Origin: Paragordius varius | Taxonomy: Eukaryota; Animalia; Nematomorpha | NCBI GenBank assembly: GCA_964247055.1 | Contig: OZ176050.1 | Coordinates: forward strand, 12,276,001-12,340,000 | Length of the DNA stretch: 64,000 bases | Reading direction: 5' to 3' | Shown here: positions 48,201 through 61,430 of the stretch, one piece after another | Layout of the letters: every line of letters starts with the position of its first letter | How positions within the stretch are numbered: position 1 is the first letter of the stretch | Made by a program: the position numbers and the translations under genes | The notes under the pieces: generated by a model | What the model was told of the DNA's origin: nothing | The model's database searches: none | Seen by the model: only the letters and a program-made list of their open reading frames with translations

Positions 48201-51200
48201 ATTATGATTTAACACCATTAACTATTAGGTATAAATATGTCGCTCAAACTACACATAGTTGATCAGCACATAGACAAATTTCGACTCAGTAAACTCACCG
48301 ATCAGACTGGTGAAATGGTTCATCAGACCTTGCAAAAAATTGAAGATTTGTATGGGAAAAAAAACCACAGTCATATGATTGGTGAGTATCTTTTGCATTA
48401 TCGCCTAGATCAATTATTATGATACAATATACCTGTTAATTATTCAAATTTGATAGATTCATATTTCCATGCAAATCCCGTTGTGCATGATTATATGCAC
48501 TTGTATATTTATAATGTAAATTACCTTCATTCATATATTCTTCCTATAATTAATAATATACATTCTGTTCGTTGTGTAATAAATATATTTTTGCTAAGGA
48601 TATCATATATTCACACTTTTCAATCTAAAATTATGTTTTTCGATGAATGTTTTAGAAACGAGATCACCTTTTTGAAACTTTGTGAATAAAATTCTTCCAT
48701 AGATTTCCATTTTTAGTTTTAATGTTAAGTTCTGCCAAAGTTCCATTGGTTTCTCGTAGATTATCCATTCTCTTCTTGGGTCATCGGTAACAAACTATCC
48801 TACTTAGGCGACATATAAAATCCAACTCATTAGAAAAGTTCTTGAGATTGAGAAAGTCTTTTTTGCCAATATATTAATGACCTAAAATACCTGAAAATTT
48901 ATCATGAAATGTATATCACACTTTTTAATAGATTCACATATAAGCATTTAAAGCATTGCTACTCAACAAAAGATGTAAAGGGCTGCAAAAATATCTTTCA
49001 CGAACCGTGCAACATATTATAACTATAAAAACTTACAGAGATTTATACTATAAATAGTATATCTTGTAATTGAGGGCTATAAATACGCTTTTAGTGGCGC
49101 AGTTTTACTAAAAATGATTAAAGTTTAATTCTTTCCATAGCCATAAACTGTCTTTTCAAAAAATAATCCAAGAAAATAATAGGGCATAATTTAATTTATT
49201 TAATTTAACATTTCTAATTTGTGAAATGCACCTAAAAAGCCATTAAAACATGTAACTGTAATAAATAATTCAGTATTATGATTAGTGTATAAATATATGA
49301 TTTCAATATTCATTGGGCTTGAAAGTTTTCTTATATGTAAATAAAAATGTTTCAGTTACTTAAAATTATTATAAATTATGATACTATCAGTATCATAATT
49401 AAACCTTTTATTTATTTTAAAAATTTCATTCTGCTTTATTATTGATACACCTGGATTTCTCATATGAATTACATATGACTAAAATCATATCACTAGAACA
49501 TTTATATTAAAAATTTTAATTTAGTAATATTAAAAATTTTAAAAATTTATAACTTTGTGTTTATATAATTTTTATTACATATAAGTGGTATTAATATTAA
49601 TAAATAAAGTTAAACTTAAATTTGGGCGAATATTCTATTAATTTTTATCGAGTAATTTTTATGTTACTAATATAAAGGGCTAAATTTAGTTGGATTTACT
49701 TAATTGAGGTTTATTAAAAATCTATCCTTTGATATTGAGCCAAAATTTTCAAAAAATATTTAATTATTATTATTTATATATAAAAGTTTTATAATTTTTG
49801 ATCATGGATTATGCAAATAAATTGATTTTTTCCGAATATAACCATATATGGAAAACAATTTTTTTATCCTTTTATTTTTGAGATGCATATATGTCACAAC
49901 ATTCATATTAAGCTAGGTGTGATATCTTGAAAAAATTTGTTGCACACTGTGTTATAGTTTTCCAGATTATGCTTTTATATTTAATAACGTACATTTCAAA
50001 CACATTAATTAATTATCTTTCAAAAAAGTAGCTCAAGTGTTAGACGCCTTTGTAAAATAAACTTGAATGATCACAACCACACATTTTATTATGAAAAATT
50101 GCTTTAAACTTCCGAATTCACATTTTTTAAAACTATTCTACACTCATTTAACACTAAGTTTTCAAATATTCCATATACTACAGTATGCACATTTATTTTT
50201 GGCAAATTGGCAACACAATAGCGTCTGGGTAAAAACAACAAATGGTTAAGGTTCAGAGTCTTGTTTGACAGCATTAAATTTGTTTGTTTGTTAAATTATA
50301 AACAAAAATTGCTTTATATCATACGTTACTGTTTGCCAATCGACCAACATATATATATTTTATAATCCCGCCCGCATAAATATAAATAAATAAATAAGTA
50401 AGCAAAAGCAAGTAAGATACCTGTAAAAATTGTCCCTCACTCACACCATCCCGATAAAAGATAATTTTGGTCGGTTTAGCTCCATTGTTTTGATGATAGA
50501 AACGGCGTAATAGTAATGTAATCATTTCAGACAAATTCTCGATAATTTCAACTCGGTGACCTTGGGCCTTAACGCACGCCATATATTTTTGTGGGTAATG
50601 ATCCATGCTCCCAACCACCTACATATTAATTAAAGGATGATGGCGCATTTCTATAGTTGCATAAGTAAGCAACCAGTGATACTCAAACCGCATGCGACCC
50701 TAAAAGAAGTGCTTTTTTATGACCTGCGACCCTAAATTTTTGATTTAATACTAATTTGGTGCATAAATATCTGCAAATGTGTCAAACAACAATAAAATTT
50801 TATCGGTTTTATGGCCCTTGAGACAGGAAAAAAAATTTTTTTGGAACTTTAAAAAAATTTTTGTAAAACAAGATATTTCAAATAAATGATGAATGGAACT
50901 GTACATATTAGTGTCTACTTATAAACAATTTTTAATTACCTAAATAGATTGATGTTAGTCATAAATAAATTGTGCGATTGATTGATAATTTAAGTTACAA
51001 AAAACTCAAACAATCAAGGATTAATATATTAATCAAAATATAAAAACCAAAAAATCAATAAACGTTTAAAAAGTTAATTTTATACAACACATAAACAACA
51101 GGTATTTAAAAAAGGTGGTAAACTTTCGTCAATCGTATTGGTTCGAATTAGTTAATAAATTCAATTTGTCTGGGGAAAAAATAAAGACTTTTTAAGTTTT

Positions 51201-54200
51201 GTAATAATTCTAAGCTAATTAAATGGACATTGACCGACTTTTATAATAAATTAATAATGAGTAAGTAATCTGTAACATACAAAAAACAGTAAATTATTAT
51301 AACAAAACGTAAAAATTTGACTTTTTTCAATTACAAAATCACATTTTATTTATAATCATGAATTTCTTAACCTTTGTTTTAACAGAGATATAAATTGCAG
51401 ATACTCGCTTTTTATCAAAATTGTCATATAATATAATTAGAAAATATATTAGTAGCTTTTACCTAAAACATCAGAAGAATATCATTTATAACGAAAATGG
51501 GGTCCAATCATGAAAAGATCAATTGTAAATTATAAGAAAAACAAATATAGTTTTCTTTATAAATCAATATTTAGTTTTAATCATAGATAACAAACCGCAG
51601 CAATAGAAGGCATCTTATTATCACCAGGCATGGGATGAGTAACATCCGCCCCCAAAACTATAACGGGTTCCTTGAACAGGGCCATTTTCATTGGGTAAAT
51701 TACGTTATCATTTATTCCATCACATTTAGCATTAATCTGAATATTGCAGAGGAGAAATAATTATAATAAAATATTAACCGCTTAGAAATTAATCAAGCCT
51801 ATATTACAAATAAATAAAAACATCATTTATGTAAAAAGGAAAAAACTCTAAAATATATCAATCGAATTTTAGAAATGACTCTGTTTATTTATTGCATAAA
51901 TATATCACCAAATTAGACATATAACGTAATAATTCAATTTAATAATGGGAAAATATAGGCCATATGTAAAATATTATAAGCATTGCTAAGATATTAGATC
52001 AGACCATACTAAATGTACAAATCTACATTCAAAACATATATCATTACCAATTTAATGGAATATTATGGGAATTTTATAACCCTATATTACGTATATGCTG
52101 CCTTTAAAATCCAAATTTATATGGAGACTCGTAAACCAAGTCCCAAAACGTTAAAACAGACAGAATAAAAAAATTAGGGTAAACACACCAGTAAATAACC
52201 CCAGTTGTTTTTAACTATTCTCTACTAAAACAATATATTGAAAAACAGTCAGTCACGCGAAAAAAAGTTACCCCCAAAGACAGCCGAATAATAAAGTACG
52301 CACATATAAATTTGAATATCGGATACATACCATTAAGCAGAAATTAACAAGGGCCGGACTGCTCCTCGATTTGGTTTGATTAAACCGCTTTCTTAATCAT
52401 ACAAAGTATTTTATAAACTTATTCCAAAATCAAATCTCATTATACCCTTTAAAATGCACCAGTACTAAGTTCTAAAAAGTTGTATCTCTTGATTCCACCA
52501 ATGTAACAAGAATATATTTATCTAGGGTCAAAGTCAAGCGAAAATTTATATTACCTTTAGGCACAAATTAACCAGTAGGGCTGGACTACTCCTTTGAACA
52601 TTTTTGCTTTGGATACATTGGGTCATGAAACCGTAAACGACATCACCAAGCCGTTTTATGCGCGGGTACAGAGGTGAAGTCCTCCCTCCCCCCATCCCCG
52701 GCAAGATAACTATAACGAGTTGTAAGGCACCTTTCTCGGGTTCCACCCGTTTCTTGAGATGATCAAACAGTTCGTCTAAATCACGTTCATTAGCGTACGT
52801 GCGAAACGTTGGGATCGGATTTAAATGTAAATTCATGGATGCACCTAAGCATATGAAACAAAATTGTTGTTATAATTTGTGTAATTGTTATCGATAATAA
52901 AAGTTAAAAATTAAAAATCTAATTATATTTTATATACGCATTCATTCGAGATTAATCGAAAACACATTAGGCATTATTGTATAATGCGAATTTCCCTCAC
53001 TATTTGGCTATGAAACATGATAAACAGATAAAAAGTAAACCACAACATTTGAATTCAAAAATAAGAGAGCGAAAAAAGATTTATCTATTATTGACAATAT
53101 ATATGGCCAATAAAGCTTAAACCCTTTTTTCAAAAAAAAAGTTTTTCAAATTTATTTTTTCCGTTAATAATTAATATACAATATGCACATTTATGCTGGA
53201 GGATTCACATCATAGTTGGTCAATTAACAACTTGGTAATTTATGAAAAAAACAACTAAAAACAATATTTACCTATCTTATATTATATGGACAAAATTAAT
53301 TTTATAACATACGCTACTATATTACAAATCAATCAACCATAATGAGGAATAAGCAAACATAAAGTGTATACTGTAAAACAAACTCGTTTTTTAGTAAATA
53401 TCTAAAATATTTAACCTGTATTACAGAGACCCTTAAAGAAGGCACTCAATGCTTGATCATTACAACGGTTCATGGATTCGAGGATGAGTAAGGCCCAACG
53501 ATCGATTTGAGCTCCGCGCAAAAACTTTTCACCTTGTCTCATGTCCCACACACCGCGGCTAGGTATGATAGTTTTTTCCCTTTGTTTCTATAGCAAAATT
53601 TATTATTTAACTATTAGTTTTGATAAACTTAAATTTGAATAAATTATATGAATACAATAGTAAAAAGCCAATTGTATATTTATTTCATAAAGACAAAAAG
53701 CATAAAAAGTAATATATATATATATATATATATATTTAAAACTATATCATCAAACCTTAAAAAAATTAATTTATAACCAAATAAACAAGTTAATCCTTTT
53801 GAGGTCAATTTAAATGTTTTGATCAAATGTTGAATGGTTTTAAAAATTAATACTGCAATTTAAATTAATGTTAGTTTATTCCGATTCTTTTTTTTTTCTT
53901 ATTTAAAAGTAGCTACATTTTCAATACCAACTATTATTATTTAATCCACATATATACCATTTAGAGTTCACCCTTGAACAATATAAATTCACCCTAAAAT
54001 AATTTATGTGTTTTTTAAAGTTGAATTTATATTTTTTTAACTTCTTAATCAAATTTTTCAAATTAATATAATACTGAAAAAATAAAAAACTATGCCATAA
54101 AAATATATTTCATATTAATAATGAGTTATATTAGCCAAACACATCATTTATTTTTAGGGTAAATTTGAATTATTAAAGGGTGAATTTGAATTGTAAATGG

Positions 54201-57200
54201 TATATATATAATTTAAGTTAATGCGTGCAAAAAGAAACATTATACATTATCCTGAATTAAGAAACACAATGTACTGTATTGTTATATAATTACCACATCA
54301 CTGGCATAACAAATCTTAGGTGCTTCCAAAACACGGCCTTGTAATTCAATCAATTTATCATCGACACTAATGCCAAAAGCTTTCATCACTGGGTCTTGAT
54401 TAAATTTTGCATCATGAATCTATAAAAATGAAATGAAATGGAAAAGAATTCCATGTTAGATAGCCAGCCAATTAATAAAAAACCATATCTAATAAAACTT
54501 TTTCGCATAGTATATTGCAACAAGGATTGAATCTAGCCACAGGTTATCAATTAAAAAAAACCTGTTAAAGTGTACGTGCTTATTATGAGATAATTTTAAA
54601 ATAATATATCAAATATTTTAAACTTGTGAAATCTATACTAAAACTTTAAAAATCAATGGGAACCGACTTTACACTTCGTAAACTGTTTAGTTTGCTGCAA
54701 CAATATATTTAGCATCAATGGTTATTAAAAACAATTATCAGCGTCAGACAGGCTATTATTTTTTAATTAGTAGAATACCCAACTCTTACTACAAAATAAA
54801 CTTTTTATAAAACTAAAGATTTAAAAATATTTTATCAACAACTATTATAAATTTTACCTTTCCCATAATTGAGCGTTCACGTTCAGGAGCCGGTATAGCC
54901 GTGTGCTAAATACAAAAAAACAGTAAAAGTATTGCATATTTTATAAAAAAAAAAGGTTAAAAATCAAAAATTAAAACTTAATAAAGGCTAAAATATGTTT
55001 AAAATAAATACCCGTATCATATTGGCAACCATTGTATCTGTCACTCGATTTTTCTTTTGTCCAGCTTTAAGCTCACAAACCTATGAAATAATAAGTATAT
55101 AAATATTTCAATTTAAAAAAGCCAATAGTTTTTTAATAAATTTAAAAAAATTGATTAATACAAAATAATTTAATTAATATACCTCAAAAGGCAAATAAAC
55201 TTGTTTTTGTAAACTACCGACTCTCAAGCAAGGCAAATTGGGATATCTATATATGCCAAAAAACACATATATTAATACATATAAAGTCACCGAATAAAAA
55301 AATTTATGCAAAAATTTTTAGTACGATAAAATCTCCACAATCTGATTAAATAAAAATATATTGAAATAAATTAATTATCAATAAATCTTTTTTAGTGGGT
55401 AATTTAATTTTTTTAAAAAACGAAAAAAATATCAGTATTATGAGCAAAAAACCAATAAAAAATTATTACATAAATACTCAGCACAAAAAAATTCAATTCT
55501 AAGTTATTTAAAAATGAAATTATAATAATAAATTATATTACTGTAAGCTTTTATTGTATTGCAACTTGAAATATTCGGCAACAGAAACCTTCGTTTCTTT
55601 TCCATCGCGTGACATGGTAAACCTAAAACCAAAAAATAAAAAAAATTATAAAAAAAGGACTTTAATTTAAAAAGTTAATAAATATTTGTAACTATAATTT
55701 GCATTAGATTAATTGCGATAAACAATTTTTATTACAATAAAAATCAAAAATGATAAATGATTTACATTTGTTGGGCCGCTGAAAGATTTGATATTTCTCG
55801 TATAACATAAGTCCTTTGTATATGACCTTGATGTGTAACTCTAACTTTAAGGTCTAGCGAAATAAGGAATATAGAAAACCATTAATTAAACAAAAATTAT
55901 ATATTTATTGATGAATTTAATCAACTTTTTAATATACCATTAAAAGTTTATATTACAGTTAAACTCTTTTATTGGCAAAAAGATAAAACATACAAAAATA
56001 CAAAATTTTATCAAGAAAACGCCATAAAAATGCAAAAAATTATCTAAATAATACCCAAATTTTAAGCGTTTTAAACATAACTGGGAAAAAAATAATTAAA
56101 AAGTTTAGTTAACACAAGAGGAGAAAAATGGATTATATCATAATAATATAATAATATGGCACATAAAAGTAGTTTAACTATATATATTTTTATCTTTATT
56201 TTATAATCCCGAGTAAAAAGGCAATTGATATTAAAAAATTATGTGAAACAATACTTTTCAATTCTTTCTGCAACATAGATTTTTGATGCGGACTTAAACT
56301 ATTGATTTGACGTAGATTCAAAAATTCTTGAGCAAAATTAACGATTGAGATTTGCTTGTAAAAAGCGGTAGCAGCCACTGAATAGGAGAAGATAAAATAA
56401 ATATATTATTTGTTAAACACTAAATATTCGCATCAAAAAAATAATTGATAAAAAAAATAAATATTTTATATGGTAATAGATAGCAACCATACTGCTAAAT
56501 ATATATAATTAATAATATGTGCAATTCCAGTCTTTTTGAAAAATTGGATTAGGATATTAAGGACATTTAAAGATCCTTTTAATTTCATATTTAAAAATTT
56601 AAGTTAAAAAATAAAAAGAATCATTTTTAATGAGTTATAAGCCAACAATTGTGAGATTTATCCTCACAATTATTCCTCGTAATTTAAACAAAAACATGAT
56701 AATAAACCAATTATTCGGTATAAAAAAACAAAAAATATATATTACAATCAATATTTAAAGTCATTTTCCATTGGGTGGGTCTAGCGCTCTGAAAACGACC
56801 CATCCATAATTCACATCCTTCAAACAGATTTGGCGGGTTCGTTGGATAAGGATATAGCGAACGACCAACAGGGACATATCTAAATTCAAGATATATGTAA
56901 ATCAAATTGTGGGTGCAAAAAAAAATTGTCTTTTTGTAATAAAAAAATGTTTTTACATTTTGTGCAGTTATATATTTTGGTCGACAAAATAATTGCAATA
57001 TCTCATATCTTACCATATTATATGGATAAAAAGCTGGTTAGATAGTTACATATAAATATATATATATATATATATATAACGCTAGAGTTTTCAAGTAATA
57101 TATATTCATGATAGCTAAAATCATAAAAGTAATGCAATCTCTAAGATACTTTTATATAATAAAAAAGGTAATCCAAATAAAAAAATACTATGAATAATAA

Positions 57201-59299
57201 TAAAGAATTAGTTGTAAATTTTGTATATTCTAGTTTGTTAATAAGACATATAAATTTAGAACAAACTACTGTTTTATACCACATTAATATGCATTTTTTA
57301 TGCAAAAACCTCAAAAATACGTATGCTTTAGATTTAGAGCTAAATAAACACTATGATAAACTGATATTATTCTTAATAAAATATTATCATAGGTAGCGAG
57401 AGAAATATATTCATAACTAGGAAAAGAGTCCAAGTTAGTTTAATTAAAATAAAAAAACCTTAGAGAAGGTGTATGCTTCATAATAACATCAATGGCTTGC
57501 ACAGGGTCCTGCGATATTTCAGACAAACGCCCCGACCAAAATTCTTCCAATTGAAACATGTTAACTTCGGCGGCAAATTGAATCTTAACCTTATAATCGA
57601 TTTTACGATCTTCAAAAGGAAACGTGCCATTCAAGATTAGCTAAATAAAAAAATAAATGGAAAAAAATAATTTAAGAAAGAAAATGTTTGTCATATACTA
57701 AAGACAAAATTCAGGTATTTCAAAGGATAATGTGAAAAAACTCAGTATAATATATTTCCTCCTATTTTATGTTTTCCCAAATAAAAATTGAAGGCCAGAT
57801 ATAAAAATATAACTGGTTATATAATTTGTTTTGAAAATTTAATTAATATAAAATATAATTGTTTTTACTTGTTAATTAATTTGCGTATAAAAATTTCAGG
57901 ATGAATGAGTCGTGCCTAATAAAAAAATTAATAAATTTAATATTAATTTCACAACTGTAAATTGCTATTGTGAGTTTAGTAGTAAAAAAAAATATATATT
58001 ATATAAAATATGTTATGGTGTGCTTTAAACATTCAATTTTCTTAACTTTTTTTAAATTGACATTTATTTATAAAATCCAAAAATTACATCTTCGCCACGA
58101 TTGATGGGTAAAGGACGAACAGTGTAAAAGTTTTTGCTTCCATCAAAAGCGGCACAATTGTTTTTAAAGTAGGTATCCTTGCTTTGATCTTTAATGTACT
58201 CAAACAAAATTCTAAATCATCCAAAATAAAATAGAAAACATTGTTTAGTTAATAGTATTTATTATTTACCTTTCTGCAAATCATAATATTAAATTATATC
58301 TAAATTTGTGTTAATATTGTCTCAAAAATAAATTTCACATTCGCCTAAAATTTAAATATTATTAAGATAAAAATATCAAATAATATTCAAATAAGGGATA
58401 GGGGTAAAAAATTTACATAATGAATTTTACAAGCACATAATCTTTCTAACAAATCACGTAAGTTAAAAAAGGCTTAAATTTTTAATTTGGCTATTGAATG
58501 ATTTAATGACGTAGAATTTAAATTTAAGTAAATGAAGCGTACATTTAAAAAATTTAGATAATATATACAAACATATCCCAAGTTAAAAAAGACTAAATAA
58601 AATTTAAATATAAAAATGTAACCTATTGATTGATTTTGGCAATTTATTTGGTGTTATATCAATATCATAATGATAGAGGTTATTAAGTGCTACATTTATT
58701 TTAACGTGATTGGCTCGGAGTGAGATGGGACGTCCAACAGAACCATACCCTACACGCTTCGGTGGTCTCATTCCAGTATTAACCTATGAGGAATAATTAA
58801 TACGTTTTACTTTAAAAGTAGGACGTGCGGGTACAACCATTTTATTCTCATTTCCATTTGGGGCACCACCGTTTCCATTTTTTCCAGAATTTTCTTGAAC
58901 CATTTTGGAAGTATTAACCTAATCATAGAAAACAAATTATGATACCTTTTTGGGCGGTTTAGTTTTAGTGCTTTCTTTTGAAACAATTGGTTTGGGTATG
59001 TCTATAGTTAAATTCTTTAAAGAATCTTCCAATATATCAAGATTAAATTCTGTAGCAACTTCTTTAACAACAACTGTTTTTTCCTCAACTTTAGGTTCTT
59101 TTAATGGTTTAGACTTTTGTTGAAAAGTAGGGAAAGCTTCTTGAGTTACAGACTTCGGCGATGTTTGAGGCGCTTTTGAGGTGATTTGCTGTTTTTTGGG
59201 TTCTTTTTTTTGTTCAGATATTTGAGTTACAACAGGTTTGGCACTTTTATTTTCTGTTAAGTCGAGTTCTCGAAGAGGTTTTTTATTCTTTTTGCCCAT
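42266..59299 (-). CDS. AGO: Argonaute (AGO clade), 21 exons, ~1003 aa, predicted slicer (DEDH)
   Basis: Exons 58946-59299, 58811-58918, 58623-58783, 58088-58211, 57459-57640, 56746-56879, 56255-56377, 55766-55853, 55542-55622, 55183-55246, 55012-55080, 54858-54905, 54294-54419, 53416-53587, 52555-52844, 51596-51736, 50421-50618, 44401-44535, 43866-43967, 43248-43447, 42266-42377 sum to 3012 nt in one frame. N domain ([10 protein letters not shown]), PAZ (YPNLPCL..G...VYLPFEVC), MID (YPRIK..TQC..CLK), PIWI ([46 protein letters not shown]), ends MYFA. Confidence 0.95.
46480..47315 (-). pseudogene. Chapaev3-like transposase relic, left arm
   Basis: Broken frames [54 protein letters not shown]; these match remembered Chapaev3 motifs GDLKV, Cxx[25 protein letters not shown]. 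Confidence 0.75.
47498..48422 (+). pseudogene. Chapaev3-like transposase relic, right arm
   Basis: ORFs SFKVVLLHD...ESYE...[37 protein letters not shown]...[11 protein letters not shown] (cf. SDE.GERFHQ); frameshifted and 5'-truncated. Confidence 0.78.
58784..58945 (-). other. AGO introns 1 and 2: two 27-nt micro-introns (58919-58945, 58784-58810) flanking a 108-nt exon
   Basis: Both GT-AG, phase 0, each with in-frame stop(s); both acceptors are followed by GTTAATACT. Confidence 0.7.
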
Positions 59300-59761
59300 C
59301 CATAGCTATAATTTGAAAGAGGGTACAAACACAACAAATAACTAATTGAAAATCCAAATATATAAAATCTTTTGCCTATTTTTCTGTTTTAATCAAATAT
59401 TATTTATTTTATCATACATGATATATAATTTTTGGGCATTATAAATATTAAACAAAGCCATATAGATATTAAAAGTATATTTTAGTAAAGTATATATCGA
59501 ATAATATTGACCTAAGCGTTGATGATATACATGCCAAAATTATCAGTATATGCTTTTGGCTTTAGGGCTTTAGAGAGATTAATTTATAATCTGTTGGGTG
59601 GTTTTATACCCATATTAAAATTTGAATATATTTATAAAAATTTTTAGCATAACGTCAAAATATAAACTACTATTTTGGCTTTTGGGCGTATGATAAAAAA
59701 GATTTTTTAATATGTTAAAATATCCTAATCTTAAGGGTAGCAGCTTTTTTTAATTTTTTAA

Positions 59762-61430
59762 CACTTAAATACAACACATTCATTTCAGACCTTGGATTCA
59801 AAATGGGGTAGTTGGATACCCCAAATTAAATAATTCAAAAAATATGAAATGATTTGAAACCATGCCAAAAATTTGCACATTCATAACATTAATGGAAATA
59901 TATAAAAAATTTAATTCAAAAATACTTAATATTACTTTGATTTAGGTAAAACCGGAAGCTAAAAATTTAGCCATGACATTTGTTCAATAGCTAAACTTAA
60001 AAATAATACAAAATAAACACTTTTTGTGTTTCTATCAATGTTAGATGTGATTTAAATGAAAAATTCGCTTTTATTTTAGCTTTTAACACTTCGATTCAAA
60101 TTGCGGTTTCTAAATACCCTAGACTAAATTTAAGTTTAAATTTTTACAAAACTACTGAAAGAAACGGTCCTAATTTAAATTTATGCTTCTATCCTAAAAT
60201 ATATTATATAAATAAGCCGAAATATTTGTTTTGAAAAAAAGTTTCAATTAAACTATTTTGATGCCATTTTTATTTTACAATTTTTTTTTCAAAATATCGT
60301 GTTTATTTGACTTTAAAGCTAAAATGAAAGCTAAATTTTTATTAAAATCACATCTAACATTGATAAAAAAAATTAAAATGGTTTATTTTTTATAATTTTT
60401 TAAATTGGGCGGGTGATAAAAAAATTTTTTTGACTTGACTTGCAAGTTTATTCAACTGGCTTGCTTTCATGTGCTGAAAAAAATTTAACATTACACGACT
60501 TAAGTCAAGCAAGAAAATTTGATAAGGTGGTGATAAAAAATCATATGATCAACTTAAAGATTTTGCAAGTATGGTGTAGGGCAGACTTGACAGATTTAAA
60601 AATATGGATAAAATTATTTTGGAAACTATTTATGTATAAAATTTAGGTTTTATATGTACAAACCTTTGTTAATGCTATAAAATGTTATTTATAAATTTTG
60701 GCTAATTAATCTATTCATTGGGTGATGCAAAAAAGGATAAATTTATAGAAAAACTCTACTAATATTTAACATGGCATATAAAAATATTAAATATATCAAT
60801 TACGTGACCGCAAAAAAATTGGATTCTCAAAAATTTCTTAAAAATACTAATTAAATATTCTTGTAAAATTAATTTTCGTTTATTTAAAGCAAAAGATTAC
60901 TTCACAATTAACACTTCGATTCAAATTGGGGTATCTAAATACCCCAGACTAAGTTTAAATTAATATTTTTAAAAAACTACTGAAGGAAACGGTCCCAATT
61001 TAAATTTATGCTTCTTAAAAATTTTATAAATATGCCAAAATACCTATTTTGTTTTGAGAAAAAAGTTCCATCTCAAACTACTACGACGCCATTTTTATTT
61101 TACAAAATTTTTGCAAAATATCGTCTTCATCAAATTTTAAGGGTAAAACTAAAGCTAATTTTTTATGTAAATTACATCTAACATCGATAGAGAAAAAGCG
61201 GTTTATTTTGTATTATTTTTCAATTTTACCATTGCACACATGTCAGGTGAACTAAATTTTTACCTTTCGGTTTTAGCTTTAAATAACTAATATTAAGTAT
61301 TTGAATAAAGTTTTTTATATATTTCGGTTTATTATCATATAAGTGCAAAATTTTGCCATGGTTTCGATTCCTTCCATACTTTTTAAAGTATTTGATTTTA
61401 AAAAGAAAATGAGTGTGTTGTATCCAAGTG
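59762..61430. mobile_element. 1.67-kb CAC...GTG element with TTAA flanks upstream of AGO
   Basis: Start CACTTAAATACAACACATTCATT matches reverse complement of the end (CACTTGGATACAACACACTCATT); TTAA on both flanks; internal ~330-bp direct repeat (~60085-60400 vs ~60910-61230); another left end at 38337. Confidence 0.7.

Larger units (their letters stand above)
44982..49951. mobile_element. ~5-kb foldback (palindromic) Chapaev3-like element in AGO intron 17
   Basis: Arms 44982-47315 and 47559-49951 are reverse complements over their whole length; spacer 47316-47558; termini CACAGTGTGCAA / TTGCACACTGTG; TTA on both flanks. Confidence 0.9.

Noticed and set aside
58784-58945. Stop-codon readthrough instead of micro-introns in AGO
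   Set aside because: The first 27-nt segment has two in-frame stops (TAA, TAG), neither segment has a known readthrough context, and both have GT-AG ends like the other micro-introns.
26304-59299. ZC3H14 and AGO as a functional RNA-regulation cluster
   Set aside because: Two neighbours with broadly related functions 7 kb apart is weak evidence without synteny data.
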